Assembly: GCA_043821645.1 (NCBI GenBank)
Contig: JBDRCO010000032.1
Coordinates: 1-15,564, forward strand
Direction of reading: 5' to 3'
DNA from: Pseudomonadota bacterium
Lineage (GTDB): Bacteria; Myxococcota; JACRCW01; JAFGSX01
Length of the DNA stretch: 15,564 nucleotides
Shown here: positions 1 through 4,860 of the stretch, one piece after another
Numbering within the stretch: position 1 is the stretch's first letter
Layout of the letters: each line of letters opens with the position of its first letter
The notes under the pieces: generated by a model
Databases searched by the model: none
Told to the model about the DNA's origin: nothing
The model's input: the letters and a program-made list of their open reading frames with translations, nothing else
Position numbers and translations under genes: made by a program

Positions 1-442
1 GGTAGCCCTTGGTGGAGAAGGTCCAGCGGAAGGGCAGCAGCGGTGCGCCCTTGTCGTCGGTGAAGCCTTGCATGGTGGCGTTGTTGAGCCACACCACGTA
101 CAACCGCGCCGGCTCGAGCGTGACCTGCAGCGAGGCGGACATGCCGTCCGGGGCAAAGCTCGGCGAGCCGATGACCTGCGGACTGGTCGCCTCGGACTCC
201 TTGACCCAGGACCAGCCCTCGACGCTCATCGTGCGATCGAAGGTGACCAGCAATGTGCGCTCGCCGGGCTCCAGGTCCTTGGCGAAGTTGGCAGGATCGA
301 CCGCGGCCACCATGGGTGGTGCATCACCGGGATCCATGGGCAGCAAACCGGGCATGGGTGCTGCCGTGGGATCCTCGCTCTTCTTGGGACAGCCCGGTGC
401 CAGGACGAGCAGACCCACGACGACGAGGAACAGAGGACGCAT
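1..442 (-). CDS. Lipoprotein with probable bacterial Ig-like domain (SbsA/Big_5-like); 3' end runs off the window
   Basis: Absent from the ORF track because it has no stop in the window. ATG at 442 follows GGAG. Manual translation: MRPLFLVVVGLLVLAPGCPKKSEDPTAAPMPG...PPMVAAVDPANFAKDLEPGERTLLVTFDRTMS...GFTDDKGAPLLPFRWTFSTKGY. Lipobox-like LAPGC; the 'P.N.A.D...VTFD..M...D..G.PL....WTF.T' pattern resembles Big_5 domains. Confidence 0.75.
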   Translation of the reverse strand, partial: MRPLFLVVVGLLVLAPGCPKKSEDPTAAPMPGLLPMDPGDAPPMVAAVDPANFAKDLEPGERTLLVTFDRTMSVEGWSWVKESEATSPQVIGSPSFAPDGMSASLQVTLEPARLYVVWLNNATMQGFTDDKGAPLLPFRWTFSTKGY

Positions 443-586
443 GAGAACTCCACACCCAAGGCCGGGAGGCCCCTTCGACCGCTGTTGTATCCCGGGCAGG
501 GCAGTGCGACAACGACGACAGGACGCGGCTGACGCGTCCATGACAGGCCAGGCGCAGACAGCGTGGTCGCTGGCGCGGGGGGGGGC

Positions 587-856
587 ATGAAAAAGATCTG
601 CGGGCTCGCGATCGCGCTGCTGGCGCTGCCATCGGGCTGCGCCCTCGCGTACTACGTCCACGCCAAGGAGGACAAGCTGCGCACCGACGCCATGACGTCG
701 ACGCGCTGCCAGGACGTGGAGATCCTGGAGCACGACGACGAGAACGCGCGCGTGCGCGCCTGTGGCGGTGCCGTCTGGAGCTGCCACTTCAACAAGCTCA
801 CCGAACCCACGGGCCCCCTGTCGACCCACCACGGGCAATGGGTCTGCGAGCTGTGA
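587..856 (+). CDS. Small Cys-rich lipoprotein, hypothetical (89 aa)
   Basis: MKKICGLAIALLALPSGC is a basic-hydrophobic signal peptide with a lipobox-like PSGC. The mature part has four more Cys. Host-like GC3 codon use; ends in tandem TGA TGA. An alternative in-frame GTG lies at 563. Confidence 0.75.
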   Translation: MKKICGLAIALLALPSGCALAYYVHAKEDKLRTDAMTSTRCQDVEILEHDDENARVRACGGAVWSCHFNKLTEPTGPLSTHHGQWVCEL

Positions 857-937
857 TGAACTTGTCCAGGTCCTGTCCGGTCGCTACATCGACACCAGTC
901 ACGGCATCCCCCGCAGGCGATGCACGAAGAGGATGAC

Positions 938-1420
938 ATGACCCACGGCGTGTACAACTTCGAGGTCAAGACCATCAGCGGCGAGTTTCAGTCGCTGGAT
1001 CACTACCGTGGTCAGGTCCTGGTCATCGTCAACGTGGCGAGCAAGTGCGGCTTCACGCCCCAGTACACGGGGCTGCAGGCGCTGTACGAGAAGCACCGCG
1101 AGCGCGGTCTCACCATCCTGGGCTTTCCCTGCAACCAGTTCCTGGCCCAGGAGCCCGGCGACGAGAAGGAGATCCAGACCTTCTGTTCGACCACCTACGA
1201 CGTGAGTTTTCCTCTGTTCTCCAAGATCGAGGTCAATGGCCAGGGCACGCACCCGCTGTTCAACCACCTCAAGGCCGCCGCTCCAGGTGCGCTGGGCAGC
1301 CAGTCCATCAAGTGGAACTTCACCAAGTTCCTGATCGATCGCGAGGGCAAGGTGCTCAAGCGCTACGCCCCCAGCACCACGCCCGAGGAGATGGAGAAGG
1401 ACATCGAGGCCCTGCTGTAG
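938..1420 (+). CDS. gpx: Glutathione peroxidase family protein (Cys-type, probably thioredoxin-dependent)
   Basis: Motifs VNVASKCGFTPQY, LGFPCNQF and IKWNFTKFL. Peroxidatic codon is TGC (1046-1048); candidate resolving Cys in FCSTTY. GAGGA precedes ATG 938. Confidence 0.95.
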   Translation: MTHGVYNFEVKTISGEFQSLDHYRGQVLVIVNVASKCGFTPQYTGLQALYEKHRERGLTILGFPCNQFLAQEPGDEKEIQTFCSTTYDVSFPLFSKIEVNGQGTHPLFNHLKAAAPGALGSQSIKWNFTKFLIDREGKVLKRYAPSTTPEEMEKDIEALL

Positions 1421-1422
1421 CG

Positions 1423-2250
1423 TCACGGCGCCGTGCGCGGATCCCAGCCAGTGACCAGTCCCTCCTCGAGGCCATCGAGTTCGGTCATGGCGTCCGCATC
1501 GAGTGTCCAGCTGAACAGATCTGCGTTCTCGGCGATGCGCTCGGGTCGGGTCGACTTGGGCAGCACCACCAGGTCGTGCTGCAGAGCCCAGCGCAACAGG
1601 ACCTGGGCTGGAGTTCGGCCGCAGCGTCTGGCCACCTCGACCACCCCCGGGTGAGCCAGGCGCCGTCCCTTGGTCAGCGAGCTGTAGGCCTCGACCACGA
1701 TACCCAGCGTGGCGCACTTGGCGCGCACCTCGCGCTGCTGCAAGAAGGGACTGACCTCGATCTGGTTGACCGCGGGGGGCACCTGCGCCTTCGCCAGCAG
1801 CTCGTCGAGGTGGTGGGTCATGAAGTTGCTCACGCCGATGGCGCGGGCGCGGCCTTCGCTGAGGATGCGCTCGAGGGCACGCCAGGAGTCGAGACGCTTA
1901 CCCGGCACGGGCCAGTGCAGCAGGTAGAGATCCACGCTATCGAGGCCCAGCCGCTGCAGGCTCTGGTCAAAGGCTTCCAGCGCCTGGTCGTAGCCCTGGT
2001 TGTCGTTCCACAACTTGGTGGTGACGAAGATCTGATCCCGCGGCAGGCCTACCTCGCGGATGGCCTGCCCCACGTCTGCCTCGTTGTGGTAGATGCGCGC
2101 GGTGTCGATGTGGCGGTAGCCCTGGCGCAGGGCCTCGGCCACGGCACGCTGCGCCTCGCCGCCGCGGGCTGCGCGAAACACCCCCAGACCCAGGCGCGGC
2201 ATGCGCACGCCGTTGTTCAGGGTCACCAGCTCGGCGGGAATGATGGCCAT
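1423..2250 (-). CDS. Aldo/keto reductase (DkgA/2,5-diketo-D-gluconate reductase-like)
   Basis: LNNGVRMPRLGLG, GYRHIDTARIY, FVTTKLW, DLYLLHWP, IGVSNF and LPKS motifs give the D-Y-K-H catalytic tetrad. AGGAG precedes ATG 2250, which is preferred over the longer ORF-track start. Confidence 0.95.
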   Translation of the reverse strand: MAIIPAELVTLNNGVRMPRLGLGVFRAARGGEAQRAVAEALRQGYRHIDTARIYHNEADVGQAIREVGLPRDQIFVTTKLWNDNQGYDQALEAFDQSLQRLGLDSVDLYLLHWPVPGKRLDSWRALERILSEGRARAIGVSNFMTHHLDELLAKAQVPPAVNQIEVSPFLQQREVRAKCATLGIVVEAYSSLTKGRRLAHPGVVEVARRCGRTPAQVLLRWALQHDLVVLPKSTRPERIAENADLFSWTLDADAMTELDGLEEGLVTGWDPRTAP

Positions 2251-2398
2251 GTCAGGCTCCTGTGGTGATGCGGAGGCGTGGGCTCGCTGGAGCTCACGCC
2301 GGGCCACCGTGAGATCCTGGATATAGAGCCTGCGCATGAAGCGTGCACTGCGGGGGCATACATGCGCACTCTGGCGCGCGTGCTGCTGTGCCAGAAGG

Positions 2399-2427
2399 AG
2401 GGGACTGGCACTTACTATTACATTTTA
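2399..2427 (+). repeat. Left inverted repeat AGGGGACTGGCACTTACTATTACATTTTA
   Basis: Read directly; one mismatch (T vs A at repeat position 18) relative to the right copy. Confidence 0.95.
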
Positions 2428-2524
2428 TTTTCTTTATTTTACATGGCGATGGCTGCAGACAGGTCCTCCGCCAAGCCCGAGCCCCGTCCGGCGTCTGGTG
2501 CGGTGCTATGCGAACTGGAGAGGG

Positions 2525-3433
2525 CTACTGCAGCTCGCGCAGCGCGATCAAATTGCGGATCCAGTCTGCGAGCTCGGCATCTTGTGGGCGGCGCCGGTTG
2601 ACGTCGTGAATGGCCTTGGCCACCGCTCCTGTCGTCATGGCCAGTGCCTGCGCCACCTCGGCCTGGCTGACCTTGCCCTCGTTGAAGAGCCACCAGGCCG
2701 CCACCAGGCGTTCACGATTGCCGCGGCGACCGCGGCGAGGGGTGCGCAGGTCTCCCGGGCGGGCGCCCGTCACGGTCAGCACCTGCTCGAGACGAGGCGC
2801 CAGGTCGACCGCAGGCACGGGACGCATGGGCGCCGCCAGGGCGGTGTGGGGCGCGCGCCACAGGGTCTGCTCGAAATCTTCCGGCAGGGCACTGCGCTTG
2901 AGCTGGAGTGCCCGCATGTGAGCCCGGTAGCCCGCATGGCCACCGAACAGTGAGAGCAACTCGTCGCAGCGCATCCAGTCTGGTGGCGAGTGCGTCCCGG
3001 CGTAGTACTCGTGGCTGGTCCAACCCGCGTCGCCAGGTTCATGGACGAGGCGGGCCCGCACCGGATTCAAGTGGACGTAGCTCAGGAGTGTTCGCCAGTA
3101 AACGTCTTTCTCGACCACGCGGTTGCGGTATCGACCCTTGAACACCGGACCGTCCCAGTGGAAGCGCTGATTGAGGAAACGAGCGAAGTCACCGTCGAGA
3201 TAGCGCACGGCGTCGCCGAGCCGGCCGCGCTGGGCGCGAAGCAGCAGATGGTAGTGGTTGGGCATCAGCGCGAAGCCATGTACCTCGACGCCGAAGCGCC
3301 TGGGCAGCTGCCGCAACAGGTCGATGAAGCAGCCGCAGCTCACCTCGTCGAGGAAGATGGGTTGGCGGCGGGCTCCCCGATTCATGACGTGGTGACGGGC
3401 ACCCGGATAATCGATGCGCGCGGTGCGTGGCAT
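2525..3433 (-). CDS. REP-associated-type tyrosine transposase (Y1_Tnp HUH domain) with C-terminal helix-turn-helix, 302 aa
   Basis: N-terminus MPRTARIDYPGARHHVMNRG.RRQPIF; HUH motif in LMPNHYHLLL (HYH at 3248-3256); GPVFKGRY; catalytic Tyr candidate in SYVHLNPVRA (3077-3079); WTS motif; C-terminal SQAEVAQALAMTTGAVAKAI HTH. An alternative GTG start lies at 3439. Confidence 0.92.
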   Translation of the reverse strand: MPRTARIDYPGARHHVMNRGARRQPIFLDEVSCGCFIDLLRQLPRRFGVEVHGFALMPNHYHLLLRAQRGRLGDAVRYLDGDFARFLNQRFHWDGPVFKGRYRNRVVEKDVYWRTLLSYVHLNPVRARLVHEPGDAGWTSHEYYAGTHSPPDWMRCDELLSLFGGHAGYRAHMRALQLKRSALPEDFEQTLWRAPHTALAAPMRPVPAVDLAPRLEQVLTVTGARPGDLRTPRRGRRGNRERLVAAWWLFNEGKVSQAEVAQALAMTTGAVAKAIHDVNRRRPQDAELADWIRNLIALRELQ

Positions 3434-3440
3434 GGGCACC

Positions 3441-3468
3441 TTTGTAGCAAGAATGCGCGATCAGTAAA
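3441..3468 (-). promoter_or_regulatory. Candidate sigma70-type promoter for the transposase (TTTACT-N16-TACAAA with extended -10 TG)
   Basis: Minus strand reads TTTACT gatcgcgcattcttgc TACAAA ggtgccc ATG. Both hexamers are imperfect matches. Confidence 0.35.
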
Positions 3469-3493
3469 ATGTAATTGTAAGTGCCAGTCCCCT
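3465..3493 (-). repeat. Right inverted repeat (minus strand AGGGGACTGGCACTTACAATTACATTTTA)
   Basis: Plus strand reads TAAAATGTAATTGTAAGTGCCAGTCCCCT; 31 nt separate it from the transposase ATG. Confidence 0.95.
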
Positions 3494-3521
3494 GTGGAAA
3501 TATCTGAAAAGTCAAGATAAA

Positions 3522-3908
3522 TCAGGCTGGATTCTTTTTCCGCTGCTCGGCCCGGGCCAGAAACTCCTGCCAGTCTTTCTGCTGCAGTTCGGCGATGCGG
3601 CGGTGGATGTCGTCATGGCTGAAGCCGAGTTTCTGCTGCATCACCTGCCAGCCGATCTCGATGGCGTCTTGCCACTTGCCCTCGTCGGCGCGCGGGTTGA
3701 GATTGCCCGGGAACAGCGGCTTGCCCGCATCGTCGAGCATGAAGTCCGGCAGTTCGTTGTGGCGCGACAGGGGCACCAGGGCGAGCATGTGAAGGTGCTC
3801 TTCCAGCTCGTCATCCTGCTGGTCCTCGTACAGTGCACGCGCACGGTCGACGACCTTGTCCTGGGCGTACCAGCGTTCGATGGCTTCGCGTTCCCTGTCG
3901 CTCAACAT
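3522..3908 (-). CDS. Hypothetical protein, 128 aa, charged and probably alpha-helical
   Basis: GGAGG precedes ATG 3908 (MLSDREREAIERWYAQDKVV...RKKNPA); host-like codon use. It is the C-terminal part of the 434-aa ORF-track call, whose upstream part is largely antisense to tag. Confidence 0.8.
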   Translation of the reverse strand: MLSDREREAIERWYAQDKVVDRARALYEDQQDDELEEHLHMLALVPLSRHNELPDFMLDDAGKPLFPGNLNPRADEGKWQDAIEIGWQVMQQKLGFSHDDIHRRIAELQQKDWQEFLARAEQRKKNPA

Positions 3909-4139
3909 GCGTCCTCCGCATCGCCACCGCCGACGTTTGCGGCGCGGCGACGATGAAACGATGGGAGAACGCAGGGCGTCCGATGTCAAGTGCTGGGGCT
4001 CCGTATTGGCTGCTCGAGGCAAAGGAACAAGGGTGGGTGGCGCCCGACGTCTTGCCCTCCTTGCTCCTGGCTCTGGCCAGCGATAGGTGGACAGCGCAGA
4101 GATGTGCGACCTGCCGCAGCGCTGCGCCCGAGGGAGGTC

Positions 4140-4778
4140 ATGGCCGCTTCGTCCCCCGCCCTGATCACGGGCGCCGATGGGATCCGACGCTGCTTCTGGG
4201 CGGTGTCCGCGCCCGAGTACGCGGCCTACCACGACGACGAGTGGGGCCAGCCCACCACAGACGACACGCGCCTGTTCGAGAAGATCTGCCTCGAGGGCTT
4301 TCAGGCCGGCCTGAGCTGGCTCACCATATTGCGCAAGCGCGAGGCTTTTCGCGAAGCTTTCGCGGGTTTCGACGTCGAGAAGGTGGCGAAGTTTGGTGCG
4401 CGGGACGTGCAGCGCTTGCTGGGCAATGCGGGCATCGTGCGCCACCGCGGCAAGATAGAGAGCACCATCCACAACGCGCAGCGTGCCCTGGACCTGAGAG
4501 CCGAGTGTGGCTCCCTGGCCGCCTACTTCTGGCGCTTCGAGCCTGACGCGGCGACGCGGCCGAAGCGCATCACCCGCGCCAAGCTGATGACCATGGCGAC
4601 CAGCCCCGAGTCCATCGCCCTGTCCAAGGACCTCAAGCGGCGCGGCTGGACCTTTGTCGGTCCGACCACGGTCTACGCCTTCATGCAAGCCATGGGGCTG
4701 GTGAACGATCACCTCGAGGGCTGTGCGGCGCGCGCGCGGGTCGAGGCCGCCCGGCGGCGCCTGAAGCGACCGCGCTGA
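4140..4778 (+). CDS. tag: DNA-3-methyladenine glycosylase I
   Basis: RCFW, YHDDEWG, LFEKICLEGFQAGLSWLTILRKR, GIVRHRGKI and FVGPTTVYAFMQAMGLVNDHLEGC (Zn-ligand Cys/His pattern). GGGAGG precedes ATG 4140. Confidence 0.97.
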   Translation: MAASSPALITGADGIRRCFWAVSAPEYAAYHDDEWGQPTTDDTRLFEKICLEGFQAGLSWLTILRKREAFREAFAGFDVEKVAKFGARDVQRLLGNAGIVRHRGKIESTIHNAQRALDLRAECGSLAAYFWRFEPDAATRPKRITRAKLMTMATSPESIALSKDLKRRGWTFVGPTTVYAFMQAMGLVNDHLEGCAARARVEAARRRLKRPR

Positions 4779-4860
4779 GGCCGGGCGCCGGATCGCGGTG
4801 GCGCGCGCGGATTGGCTGCGCGACACTGCACCGCGGTGCCTTCTTGCGGGAGTTCACGCC

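Larger units (their letters stand above)
2399..3493. mobile_element. Putative Y1-HUH (RAYT-like) element: transposase gene bounded by 29-bp inverted repeats
   Basis: The left repeat (2399-2427) and the reverse complement of the right repeat (3465-3493) match at 28/29 nt and enclose only the transposase CDS. Confidence 0.7.

Noticed and set aside
1046-1048. Selenocysteine in the glutathione peroxidase
   Set aside because: The active-site codon is TGC (Cys), not TGA.
2406-2422. TGGCAC...TTAC in the inverted repeats as a sigma54 -24/-12 promoter
   Set aside because: The -12 element reads TTAC rather than TTGC and is offset by one base; sigma54 spacing is strict.
2385-3505. Target-site duplication or a tnpB/omegaRNA partner for the element
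   Set aside because: Sequences immediately outside the repeats share no direct repeat, and only 97 nt separate the transposase stop from the left repeat, with no RuvC-type ORF nearby.
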